From contig NIVC01000038.1 in assembly GCA_002269645.1 (NCBI GenBank), positions 868,001 to 932,000 on the forward strand: a DNA stretch of 64,000 bases, in the 5' to 3' direction. Shown one piece after another: positions 24,361-35,595 of the stretch. Each line of letters begins with the position of its first letter. The stretch's first letter is position 1. The notes under the pieces were generated by a model. It saw only the letters and a list, made by a program, of their open reading frames with translations. It had not been told where the DNA came from and made no database searches. Position numbers and translations under genes: made by a program. The DNA is from Macrostomum lignano (Eukaryota).

Positions 24361-25169
24361 ATCAAATAGAGCAGTTTATTTATCTTGGTTCCGGAGTGCG
24401 CACAGGCGGCACGGCACACTGCGTGGAAATTTAATTGCCTTTTTTATTAGCTATCAGTTTTCGTAAGTCTCCACGCAATCATTCCTACAACAGGGAATTC
24501 TGTAGCCTAATCATTTTACTTACCTCTGTGAACCGGCAAGGGGGGGGGCAGAGCTCTGACATGATTAAATATTTAGTCAGTATTGATTGGAAAATTCCCT
24601 CTAGTGGAACCGAGAGGGGAGGGTGGAGGTTCGGCTGTTTTCAAACGCCATAAGAAAAATTGATTTCCTAGGCGAGACTATCGTGTGTGTTTGTGTGTTA
24701 GGCCCGCCCAGTGTTTCCTTTGCTGAGGTAGCGCTTTTTTGCCCATAATTCTGCGTGGTTTTTATATTCTTTTATTGCGTGCAAAACAGTTACGTTAGTT
24801 AGCCTTTGTGCGGCCTGGATCTGTCTTGTTTTGTCTTTGTAGTGAATGCCTTTGAGGCAGTGTTAGTATTTTTAGATTGTGTCCGGAAAGCCATCGAACT
24901 AATAAAAGGTCCAATTAAGGTGACAATATTCATCACATTAATTGTCTTGCTGATTCCCCCAGGGTGTCTGTAATTTTACATTAACTTCCAGAGACCTAAG
25001 ATCTTTAAAATGCCTTTATAGTCCCTCAGAACTACGTTTATTCCCTTTAGGGTTATTTTAGTCCCCTTACAATAGCCATAGTTCCTTAATGATATGCACA
25101 AACCCCTTTAAAGAACTTTAATCCTTTTGGGATCATCCTAATCCTTTGATAAAATTGATCTAATCCCTT

Positions 25170-25700
25170 TAGAATCTTGCTAATCCCCTTAGAATCGTGC
25201 TAATCCCCCTAGAAACGCACCAATCCCCTCAAAATCGCGCTAATCCCCTCAAAATCGCGCTAATCCGCTTAGAATCGCACAAATCCCCTCAAAATCGCGC
25301 TAATCCGCTTAGAATCGCACAAATCCCCTCAAAATCGCGCTAATCCCCCTAGAATCGCGCTAATCCCCTTAGAATCACACCAATCCCCTCAGAATCGCGC
25401 TAATCCCCTTAGAATCACACCAATCCCCTCAGAATCGCGCTAGTCCCCCTAGAATCGCGCTAATCCCCTTAGAATCGCACCAATCCCATCAGAATCGCGC
25501 TAATCCCCTTAGAATCACGCTAATCCCCTTAGAATCACACCAATCCCCTCAGAATCGCGCTAATCCCCCTAGAGTCACGCTAATCCCCTCAGAATCGCGC
25601 TAATCCCCCTAGAGTCACGCTAATCCCCTTAGAATCGTGCTAATCCCCTCAGAATCGCGCGAATCCCCCTAGAATCACGCTAATCTCCTTAAAATCGCTC
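25170..25700. repeat. 20-bp minisatellite, about 26 copies (intron 6)
   Basis: Unit AATCCCCTTAGAATCGCGCT. Confidence 0.93.
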
Positions 25701-25738
25701 CATAGTGAATGGTTCCCTGGTAACCGGTTGACCCGCAG

Positions 25739-26404
25739 GGCTGGTCCACAGCAAAAAGCCTGTCTGACTGCCGGTCGAAGTGGATGTCAGGCTACACGAG
25801 CTGCATCAGTCTGCTGCTCAGCATCCGAGCAGACAAGCAGTTGCGCAATCCTCACATGTGCTTGGAAGCCATCGGCAAGCTGGCCAAGTTCCAGATGGAC
25901 CGGGCCGACGAGCACAGGAAGCGAGCCGCTGCCACCGGAGCAATTCTCGGGCCCAATCAGCGACGCTACCGTCACGAATTAGCGTTGCTAAGGATACTAG
26001 CCGTTGCTAGGCACCCGTTGGAGGAGCTGCTAGCGGACAATGCCGATCTAGATTGGTCCGTGGTTCGCTCCCTGATTCGTGTGGTGTCTCGCGAAGCTCT
26101 GGACGCTGTTCGAGGCCTGCTGCAACTGGCTCGAATTTTGCGCGACTCGGAGAAGTTGGACCAGGTGAAAAATCTCTACGCTGCCCTGCTGAGACGGCTG
26201 AACAGTGTGGTGTCTGATAGTGAGACAGGATCTACCGAGAGAGATCTTCTGACTGCCGCTAGGGAGGCGTTCTGCATTCTGTCAGACTGGTGCACAGAGC
26301 ATGCCGCGCCTTCGACAGCCGGCGCCACCTGTCAGTCTGGAGATGATGAAGTCGACTCGATGCCAGATTTCGTGGAACCGCCGGCAGCTGCTCTGAGAGA
26401 CTGA
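25739..26404 (+). CDS. EDRF1: EDRF1 terminal coding exon
   Basis: Acceptor CCCGCAG|GGC in frame with ORF 25784-26404, helical TPR-like sequence, stop TGA. The spliced total of 4008 nt (1335 aa) is plausible for EDRF1. Confidence 0.75.
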   Translation, partial: GWSTAKSLSDCRSKWMSGYTSCISLLLSIRADKQLRNPHMCLEAIGKLAKFQMDRADEHRKRAAATGAILGPNQRRYRHELALLRILAVARHPLEELLADNADLDWSVVRSLIRVVSREALDAVRGLLQLARILRDSEKLDQVKNLYAALLRRLNSVVSDSETGSTERDLLTAAREAFCILSDWCTEHAAPSTAGATCQSGDDEVDSMPDFVEPPAAALRD

Positions 26405-26934
26405 TTCTTTGACATTAGCAATGACCGTTCTTTCGTGTCTACTTTCAGTAGCTGATCATTTATTGCAACATATTTTTCTAATCAAAATCGCATTTTTTCT
26501 GTGTCATCTTTTTTATTAAGACAAAATATTCATATTCAGGCTTCATAGTATAATTATTAATTACTTGTTATTATTCCAGAGACTTTAATTGTAAATTTTA
26601 TCATAAGATAAACACACAAAGTAAACAGTTACAGCCTATTGGAAACATGAAAATTGCTGTGTCCCCCATTGTTCGAGTTATTTGTTTAAACTTTTTGTAC
26701 TCATTTCTAGTAGCTAAATGAGTGACTGGTGTACTGTCTTTAATTGTTTTTCTAAGTTAATAAATTCATCGTGCGGTTCACAGCCACGATCGGGGGGCCA
26801 AGCTTCCAAGGCTTAACTTGTAGGTGCGCTAAGAGTCAACGGATGGGCGGGAACTGCCTCATGAATGTTCATCGAATTTTCCAATAATAATTGTAGCACC
26901 TTATACGAGACATGGATTTTTTTATTCATAAAAT

Positions 26935-27250
26935 TCAATGCAGAACATTTTTGTTGATAAATACTCCAGGTGGAATGAAAGTCGCATCGCATTGGTCCAG
27001 GAGCAGACCCCCCCTGGTCTCGGAGAGGGCACTTTCGCAGATGCTCCGCAACTCCTGCAACGAGGCGTCTTCAACCTCTTGACAGCTGTTGAAGGTCATG
27101 TCCCGGAGTGCGTTCTTCAGCCAGAGGAATAGAGTTTGGTTCCACAGGTTCAGATCGGGACTGTAGGGCTCTGCCAAATCACGGTGACCGAGCGATCGTG
27201 CAGGAAATCTCGAAAGAGATTCGCAACGTGCGGTCGAGCATTAATTGTCT
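26935..27250 (-). mobile_element. Tc1/mariner transposase C-terminal remnant
   Basis: DN..ARPHVANLFRDFL...PYSPDLNL..LFLWLKNALRDMTFNSCQEVEDA, disrupted by frameshifts. Confidence 0.8.
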
Positions 27251-27539
27251 TTTCAGGCCCCATGCTTTGACTGCGCTTTTACTATAGGCTCGTTGCATGC
27301 ACTATTAGCATGGACAATTAGAGTAGCAGCTACTCTAGTTGTCCATGACTAATAGACACTAAAGGATTTTAAGCCTCACTCTAAGTGAGTGTTGCTCTTA
27401 GAAAGCGACTTTTATTGGCAGCTAGTTCGTTCTTGGCCAAACGACAAGATTTTGTTCAACCCGAGTACAAACCAGCAAGGAGTAAATAAACAAGAAGGCA
27501 ACAATAAATAAAGCTAGTTACTAAACGCCGTCGGTCTCT

Positions 27540-28650
27540 GGTTCACACTGATTCACACTGGTCACTGGTTCACACTAGTCACTGGTTCACACTGGTCACT
27601 GGTTCACACTGTTCGTCACTGGTTCACACTGTTCGTCACTGGTTCACACTGGTCACTGGTTCGCACTGGTCACTGGTTAGTTTACACTGGTCACTGGTTC
27701 ACACTGATGGTCACTAGTTCGCACTGGTCATTGGTTCACACTGGTTACTGATTCACACTGTTCGTCACTGGTTCACACTGGTCACTGGTTCACACTGATG
27801 GTCACTAGTTCGCACTGGTCACTGGTTCACACTGGTTACTGATTCACACTGTTCGTCACTGGTTCACACTGGTCACTGGTTCACAGCCTTCAACTCAACC
27901 CATGCTTCATCGCCAAAAATAAGGTTTAGCAAGTCGTTAATAAATTACGAGTAAAAAAGTGACACGGTTGTGGCGTTATTGATTGAGGAAAATAAACAGA
28001 TCTCTGCATGTGCTCTTTTAAATTAATTTTCTATAGAGTAAATTAATGAATAAGGACAATCAGAGCAAACTCTTATCTCTATCAAAAATCTAAGCGCGTT
28101 CAGGCCCAATGTGAAGAAAGCAAACATGTACAGCCAAGGTATTAGACTCGCAAGAGGCGTAACAGAGAGAGAGAAAGAGCTGGCTGCTGATGCTGCAGGC
28201 TTGAAGAAGCTGATGCAGGTGCCCTCCTTATTTCAGGATGGTTAGTGGCGTAGCCGGTTGATTTGCGAAATCCCCAGCTTTTTTGGAGCCCAAGGTCGCT
28301 CCCGTGACTCTCTCTCTCTCTCTGATTGGCCTCTGGTCTTCAGACGTCACTAGCATGTTTCTAAAAATAGAATTGTCACGTGGGGCACACGGGGAAGGTG
28401 AGGAAAAACGTGGATTCAGATTGTATTGACGCATTCAGATAGCTAGTGTTGCAAATCTGGGAGTCGAGTAGACAGGTTCAGCGAACAACAGAAGCAAAAG
28501 GCGAGAAAGATAGAGGAAAACAAGAAAATTCGGTTGCGAAACTAATTAACAGCGAATAAAATTATTATCCATATTAGGTAAAAAGCCGCACAAAAAAGAG
28601 AAAGCTTCATAAAATCGAAAGCATTTAAAATCTCGAATAAAACTTTGTAC
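27540..28650 (-). repeat. Inverted copy of the 3'-flank module of the lectin-like genes, including a 17-bp minisatellite (27545-27885)
   Basis: The reverse complement matches 39.6-40.6 kb, 45.4-46.4 kb and 49.5-50.1 kb; same 17-bp unit GGTCACTGGTTCACACT. Confidence 0.85.
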
Positions 28651-28827
28651 TGGAAAAACTGAAAGCCACCAAAGGTTAAGATTAAGCCTGTGCATTACAG
28701 AAAGTATAGGAATGGATGATTCCTGCACGCCGATGAGTGTGTCAATGGCCATTGACGCACGAGTCGGCGTGTTGGAATCCCATTGTCGATTGACTATTAA
28801 GTTGCATCATAAATTTGAGTGAGTGCA

Positions 28828-28990
28828 CAGAGAGGGGTCAAGGGGGCGAAGCCCCCTTGTGGGGGTGTGGGGGCAGAGTCTCCAGAGAGGGGTTAAGGGG
28901 GCGAAGCCCCCTTGCGGGGTGTGGGGGCAGAGTCTCCAGAGAGGGGTTAAGGGGCGAAGCCCCTTGCGGGGTGTGGGGGCGGAGCCCCTA
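28828..28990. repeat. Three 54-55-bp GC-rich units with GGGGGCGAAGCCCCC hairpins; possibly a Helitron/Helentron-type terminus
   Basis: Tandem units seen directly; the family assignment is a weak recollection of similar terminal hairpins. Confidence 0.45.
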
Positions 28991-29632
28991 CATACTAACA
29001 TTAAGAAGTTTTATCAAAATGCTGCGCTTGTCAAAATAATTGACTAGCTCGTATGTGTGGCGGCCAGACTGTACGCGACCGGCAGCATCCGGTGCAGCCA
29101 CACTGCAGCCTTTTTAGGGGGTGTCAGACAGGCGCGGCTAAGGGTAGAAAATATTTTATGGCAGACGCAGCGAGGGCTTGGGGGAGGTGGGTCTAGGACT
29201 CACGTGACTCACGATCGATAATTAATGGCTGTGAAATGTACAGTAAGCGAGACGGCCTGAAGAAGTTCATCAAATTCCACGATAGTATACTGTCTACTGT
29301 CTATCTATCGGTCCTCAGTTCTTATCTCACAAATCAGTTCTCTAATCTCCTCAAACGCAATGCCAGTTTTACGAGCGTAAAAGGATCCCCCGCCTCTCTA
29401 ACTTGCACGAATAAAACTTCGTGCAGGAATAAAATCTTGCACGCGTGGTCAATCGACAATGAATATGAGCACACAAGAGCACACATTGTCATAGTCATCA
29501 CCCAAGCACTGAAAACCAGTTTTAACACAAGCGATACGACAATAAAACAAACTATGCTCGTATTATTTTATTTCAACAAATTTAAGTGCATCAAAACGAA
29601 TCACAACGAATATGGGGGCTAGAGGTTCCCAT

Positions 29633-30894
29633 TGGGGGTGTTCGGGTCGGCCATTTTTTCGGGAACCCGGTACCCCTACCCCGAACCCCGTCCCGAACAT
29701 TTCTTCCAACCCCGAACCCCGAACCCGGTACCAAAACCCGACCCGACCCCGAACGTAACCCCGAAAATTTTCACGCTTATTTTGGTCAATCATTTTAATA
29801 AATTCAGTTTTCAGTTTTCAATTTTTCAGTTTTCAGTTTTGAATTTCAGTTTTAAATTCAGTTTTATATATTGAGATGTGCCTTAACAGCTTCAACCACT
29901 TAGCCTTGTGGTTTTATTTCCCTTAGCTACTCTACAACTAGGAAAAGAAATATGAAACACTTATTGCAATGGGATTGGGATTGAGATGGAAGGAATACCA
30001 AGACCCAAGATCTAATAGTAAGATACATGAAAGTTCACAACTAAAATCAGGACCATTTCGTACCTATACTTACAACGAAATTGCTTTCATAGTAATATTA
30101 CATCTATGAGTTTATTTAAGCTGCAAAAATAGAGTACAATAAAATTAGATTATACCCTGTAGTGTAGATATCAGTAGAGATAGAACTAGAGCGATAAAGA
30201 TATAGCACAGATAAAACAATGATGCAATGAAACAGGAGAGTTAATCACAAATATATATTTATTTTTACTTTTGACTACAGTTAACAGTAAGTCAGTAGTG
30301 GTATAACAGAATTGCTATGTAAAAACTAAAGTGACGTCTTTACATAAAATTGTATGCTGATATGAGTAGGTAATCATTGTGATAATTGATTATTGGCGAC
30401 TGATGCGTGGAGAATATTAGTGTATTTATAAATTTTAAGCTTCCTCATCCAATCCAGAAGTTCAGACCATGTTACACGTAGCACATGTAAAATTATTACT
30501 GAACGTAATTTTTTAAATCATCAACTGCAAGACTGAATGGGTCGAAAAACGACAATCGTTATTTACCAGAAAGTGTAAATGGATCCATGGTTCTATCTGC
30601 TATTTCCGTTTCAAATTGTATGTAAAATATAACTTAAGTTGTACCTGAAACTCAATGCATATCTTTCGCATTGTGGATTTTTCATAAGGAGTAAAAAGTG
30701 CTTGAAAATACTCTTGAGAATGATAATTGTTCAAAACCCCGAAAACCCGGTGGCCAAACCCGACCCGATCACCCCGAACCCGGTACCCCTACCCCAAACC
30801 CCGAACCCGACCCGGAACACCTACCCCGAACCCCGAACCCGGTACCAAAACCCGACCCGAAACCCGACCCGACCCCGAACCCCGAACACCCCTA
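29633..30894. mobile_element. Non-autonomous hAT-type element, 1262 bp
   Basis: 14-bp TIRs T(G/A)GGGGTGTTCGGG, 8-bp TSD GTTCCCAT/GTTCCAAT (7 of 8 match), CCCGA(A/C)CC subterminal repeats at both ends, no ORF. Confidence 0.85.
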
Positions 30895-31140
30895 GTTCCA
30901 ATTAATTAATAGCGCCAGAGGTGCACGCATTGCTGCTGTTTGCTCACCAGAGCAGTAGCTCTTGCTTAATGCTCAATCTTTTAAAGAGATCATTAATGAA
31001 GCATCACTACAAAACGTCAATTACGACGAATCATAATTTTTGTATAGTCAGTTGGTTGCTTAAATCGTAGTTCTTTTTAAGAATTGTTGTTGACAACTAT
31101 TTCTGGGCTTGATTATGAAGCTGTCCGCTCGTACTGAGTT

Positions 31141-31404
31141 TCACACTCCAAAGAAAATTTTATTGATGGTTTCTTCCGGCAGATTCGTATTAGAAACGGC
31201 CACGGCTCTGACCAAACCTTGCAGCATGTAGTTGCCGTTGTACCGCCAGCCCACGTGGACGCAGGCTCCGGCTTGGTTGAAGCTGTTCGTCCGAGCGAAG
31301 ACGCCGAGCTTTGACATTTTCAGCTTCGTGATTTGGAGGCTCTTTTGAGCATTGCAGCTGACTAGCAGGGCACTCAAAACTATTAAGAAGAAGACAGTAT
31401 TCAT
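31141..31404 (-). CDS. Lectin-like family copy F: 87-aa in-frame internal-deletion derivative of copy D
   Basis: The first 32 aa are identical to D (MNTVFF...KMSK) and are joined to D-like C-terminal residues (GVFARTNSFNQAGACVHVGWRY...); net 246 codons missing; upstream region homologous to D. Confidence 0.75.
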   Translation of the reverse strand: MNTVFFLIVLSALLVSCNAQKSLQITKLKMSKLGVFARTNSFNQAGACVHVGWRYNGNYMLQGLVRAVAVSNTNLPEETINKIFFGV

Positions 31405-31627
31405 TTCGAGTGTCTTTTTAAAGCTTCTATACGAATGTTTGATTTCGCGTCTCATGAAACTCAATTTCAAAATTCATTTATTTATAGGGACGGAACTCAG
31501 GATTTTTTTTGCTGAAAATGTTCCGATTGGCTGAGACAGTTTGCAGCTATTTGTAGATCATGGACAGCTGAAGTACACAGCACTTCTGTTGTCCCTGTAA
31601 ATAAGATGAGACGTGAGGGGCAGGGGA

Positions 31628-33003
31628 GCTGGAGTGTGTGTTGCAAGGGACAGGAGAGCTGCAGTGTGTGTTGCAAGGGACAGGAGAGCTGCAGTGTGTG
31701 TTGCAAGGGACAGGAGAGCTGCAGTGTGTGTTGCAAGGGACAGGAGAGCTGCAATGTGTGTTGCAAGGGACAGGAGAGCTGCAGTGTGTGTTGCAAGAGA
31801 CAGGAGAGCTGCAGTGTGTGTTGCAAGGGACAGGAGAGCTGCAGTGTGTGTTGCAAGGGACAAGAGAGCTGCAGTGTGTGTTGCAAGGGACAAGAGAGCT
31901 GCAGTGTGTGTTGCAAGGGACAGGAGAGCTGCAGTGTGTGTTGCAAGGGACAGGAGAGCTGCAGTGTGTGTTGCAAGGGACAAGAGAGCTGCAGTGTGTG
32001 TTGCAAGGGACAAGAGAGCTGCAGTGTGTGTGTTGCAAGGGACAAGAGAGCTGCAGTGTGTGTTGCAAGGGACAAGAGAGCTGCAGTGTGTGTTGCAAGG
32101 GACAGGAGAGCTGCAATGTGTGTTGCAAGGGACAAGAGAGCTGCAGTGTGTGTTGCAAGGGACAGGAGAGCTGCAGTGTGTGTTGCAAGGGACAGGAGAG
32201 CTGCAATGTGTGTTGCAAGGGACAAGAGAGCTGCAGTGTGTGTTGCAAGGGACAAGAGAGCTGCAATGTGTGTTGCAAGGGACAAGAGAGCTGCAGTGTG
32301 TGTTGCAAGGGACAGGAGAGCTGCAGTGTGTGTTGCAAGGGACAAGAGAGCTGCAGTGTGTGTTGCAAGGGACAAGAGAGCTGCAGTGTGTGTTGCAAGG
32401 GACAGGAGAGCTGCAGTGTGTGTTGCAAGGGACAGCAGAGCTGCAATGTGTGTTGCAAGGGACAAGAGAGCTGCAATGTGTGTTGCAAGGGACAGGAGAG
32501 CTGCAATGTGTGTTGCAAGGGACAAGAGAGCTGCAGTGTGTGTTGCAAGGGACAGGAGAGCTGCAGTGTGTGTTGCAAGGGACAAGAGAGCTGCAATGTG
32601 TGTTGCAAGGGACAGGAGAGCTGCAGTGTGTGTTGCAAGGGACAAGAGAGCTGCAGTGTGTGTGTTGCAAGGGACAGGAGAGCTGCAGTGTGTGTTGCAA
32701 GGGACAAGAGAGCTGCAGTGTGTGTTGCAAGGGACAGGAGAGCTGCAATGTGTGTTGCAAGGGACAGGAGAGCTGCAGTGTGTGTTGCAAGGGACAGGAG
32801 AGCTGCAGTGTGTGTTGCAAGGGACAAGAGAGCTGCAGTGTGTGTGTTGCAAGGGACAAGAGAGCTGCAGTGTGTGTTGCAAGGGACAAGAGAGCTGCAG
32901 TGTGTGTTGCAAAGGACAAGAGAGCTGCAATGTGTGTTGCAAGGGACAGGAGAGCTGCAGTGTGTGTTGCAAGGGACAAGAGAGCTGCAATGTGTGTTGC
33001 AGA
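31628..33003. repeat. 30-bp minisatellite, about 46 copies
   Basis: Unit GTGTGTGTTGCAAGGGACA(G/A)GAGAGCTGCA with occasional +2 bp units; stop-free in all six frames. Confidence 0.97.
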
Positions 33004-33869
33004 AACTCACCATAAAGTAGAGAGCAGAGCAGCCAACACGCACGAAATTTAAGAAGAGTAAAGAAATTGCCCGAGAGTTGGTGACGCGCCAGCGACCACA
33101 GACTGTTTCCCGGCATCAGGCACGCGTTATCAGGCACAACGGAGCTCAGCAATAATTTATTTATTCAAGCTTCAATTGTATTCTTGCCAAGACAGTTCTC
33201 TGGAAAACCTACAGAGATGCAACAGCTTGCGAAACTCTCACGGAAGCCACTCGCTTGCAGGAATGCAGGAGCAGAGGCATGCATGAGTTGGGCTCACAAG
33301 CAAGATGCTGTGAAGCCTCCTTGGCTTCTAACCCTCATCAAACATCCGCTGTGAAACCAAATTTGAGCCCAGCAGCTTCAAACGTAAAGACTTCGACGTT
33401 AAATTTTAAATAAATTTTACCTAAAGCATTTTCAGAGAAAACTCAGCTCTAATGGGAAGCTAGAGTGCGTTGAAAATGATTAATAAACACCTGCATAGGT
33501 TTAGCACTAGCCGGGATAATTTTTATTATATAACCTTGTATTTATAAAAAAATAACCTCGTTGCAGATCTCCGTTGCAGATCGCTTAATCAGAACTGGGA
33601 CTCCGGCAAACCGTGGCCATAACAGCGACGTTTTCAAAAACCATGTAGGTCTGGGTAATGCATGGGTACGCGGATACGCCAAAAGTTTTAGCAAAAAGCT
33701 GACTGCAAGCAAGAAACCGCTTAGTCACTCGCGACATTTTGTGCCCTATAAAGCCCCAAATTCAGGCCCTTAATGGCGCCGTGGTACTGATCCGAAGCCG
33801 GGATTTTCCATCTAACTAGTCCACGCTTAACGCCAACTTGTCAACAACAACAACACGAGCAACAACACC

Positions 33870-35192
33870 AGTGGGGAGGCACTCGTCTCCCCACTAAGAG
33901 AGAAGTCCGCTACATTGGCGTCTGGATAGACGATGGCCTTACCTTCAAGCGTCAGGCGGCCGAAGTTGTTTCGAAGATGCACCGCCGATGCAGCATCCTC
34001 CGCGCCCTGGCCCCCAGAAAGTGGGGCTGGGACTGCAGCACCCTCCGCACTGTCTACAAGGCAGTCGTCGAGTCCGTCGCCTGGCATGCGGCCACGGCTT
34101 GGATGCCTTGGCTGCCCAAAACGCGGTTGGAGGAGCTGGAGCGAGCACAGCGAGAAGCCCTAAGACGTGTTACCGGCCTGCCAAAGTTAAACTCCTGTGC
34201 GGCTGTCTATAAGGAGGCAAATTGCGATCCTATTAGCGCCCAGGCCAAACTGAGAGCCCTCACCGCCGTTGAAAAGTCCAAAAGAAGACGGTTAGCAACA
34301 CCTGGCGCAAGATTTGCGAGCGCAAAACCGATGTCCGCCTCAAAGCTAACCGGGGACTCCGTGAGCAAGCCAGCAAAATTCTGGCCAACCTCCTCCCGTT
34401 CGAGAGGCTGCCGAACTCCTGGATTCGTGCGCCCCAGGGGAGGCGCTCAATGGCTTGAAGCGACTCCGCCTCTTCCCCGAGCTCCTCCGCCACTGCAGCA
34501 AGTCCGAAGACATCCAGGCCAGGCGTGACCTCATCGAGGAGATCCGCAGGAAGTGCCTTCCGGACACCTGCTACTACAACGATGGATCAGCCACCAGCGG
34601 TACTCAGCTTGGCGGGGCGGCCTGGATACTGTACTGCAGCCGCCATGACCTGATCATTCGTTCGGGGCGTGCTGCGGCCTGCAAATGGTGCAGCTCCTTT
34701 GTAGCTGAGCTCCGGACCCTTTGACTGGCCCTGGGCGACATATTAACGGAAGAACCGCCGAAAGCCACAATCCTGACTGACAGCCAGGCCGCCATCCAAG
34801 CCGACTGCACCACTACGAACAGCCTCCTAGAACACTCAAGAATCTCATCTGACGTGCTATCCGGGTCACAGCCATTACCATCCAGTGTATCCCTGGGCAC
34901 GTGGGCGTTAGCGGAAATGAGCTGGTCGACCTGGAGGCCAAGCGGGCTGCGTGCCTGCCTCAACAGCACATCCCCCTTGCGCTTGCTGCGTCCAAGAACC
35001 TACTGCGCAGGTCCGTCGGGTACCAGCCCGTCCTTGAGGGCCACCTGGAAGCAGTTTAATCCGGGCGCATCACCTTCCATGATGGCCCCAGAAACCAGAA
35101 AGTCCTAGTCTCGCAGGTCCACGCCACTGCCGGCCACTGCCCGGCGTCGGTCTACTACAAGAAGCGCATCGGGACGACCAACGATGCTCCCC
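33870..35192 (+). mobile_element. Degenerate RNase H-encoding non-LTR retrotransposon fragment (I-group-like), truncated at both ends
   Basis: EVRYIGVWIDDGLTF, RT thumb (ILRALAPRKWG..TLRTVYKAVVES), RNase H motifs YNDGS, SSFVAEL, ILTDSQAA, CIPGHVGVSGNELVDLEAKRA, then GHCPA..YKKRIG; frameshifts and stops present. Confidence 0.88.
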
Positions 35193-35595
35193 TGTCTCCG
35201 ACCCACACAGCGCTGAAGTGCTTGTTCGCAGCGATCGCGTCGTACTCCGAGTCCACCACGGTCTCGCAGCTGCTATCAGCGGCCACTCCCTCAGTCGATG
35301 TCGTGGAGGTCAAGCTGAGCGGGCGACACACCTCACCGAAGCGGAACAGCGCGCACGAGGCGTCTCGCTTGTTCCACTGCACCACGCCGACGCTGCCGAG
35401 ACGGAACGACCGACTCGACACGAAGCAGTCGAGCAGAGAGGCGGAGGGTCGCGGCAGTTGCCACACCGACAGTGACAAGTTCAGACACCCCTGATTGACT
35501 TCTTTATATTTCGTAATGCTGGAGAACTTTTTGCATTCGCAGCTGGTGCAGAAGACGGTCAGAGCTGCCAGAACCGCCGCCAGGGCTGCCTTCAT
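35155..35595 (-). pseudogene. Lectin-like family copy E, 3'-truncated and fused to the LINE
   Basis: Own signal peptide MKAALAAVLAALTVFCTSCEC, then the family core up to SAVWVGDRG, then 11 residues read from LINE antisense. Confidence 0.85.

Noticed and set aside
28640-28790. A further decayed lectin-gene 3' end (HADSCV...AGIIHSYTFCNAQ)
   Set aside because: Similarity is faint, needs stops or frameshifts, and overlaps a palindrome; not supportable by eye.
29236-29622. 128-aa ORF left of the hAT element
   Set aside because: No recognisable domain, AT-rich composition and no supporting signals.
31497-33152. Six 460-550-aa ORFs (Cys-rich or coiled-coil-looking)
   Set aside because: They arise from a stop-free 30-bp minisatellite that is open in all six frames.
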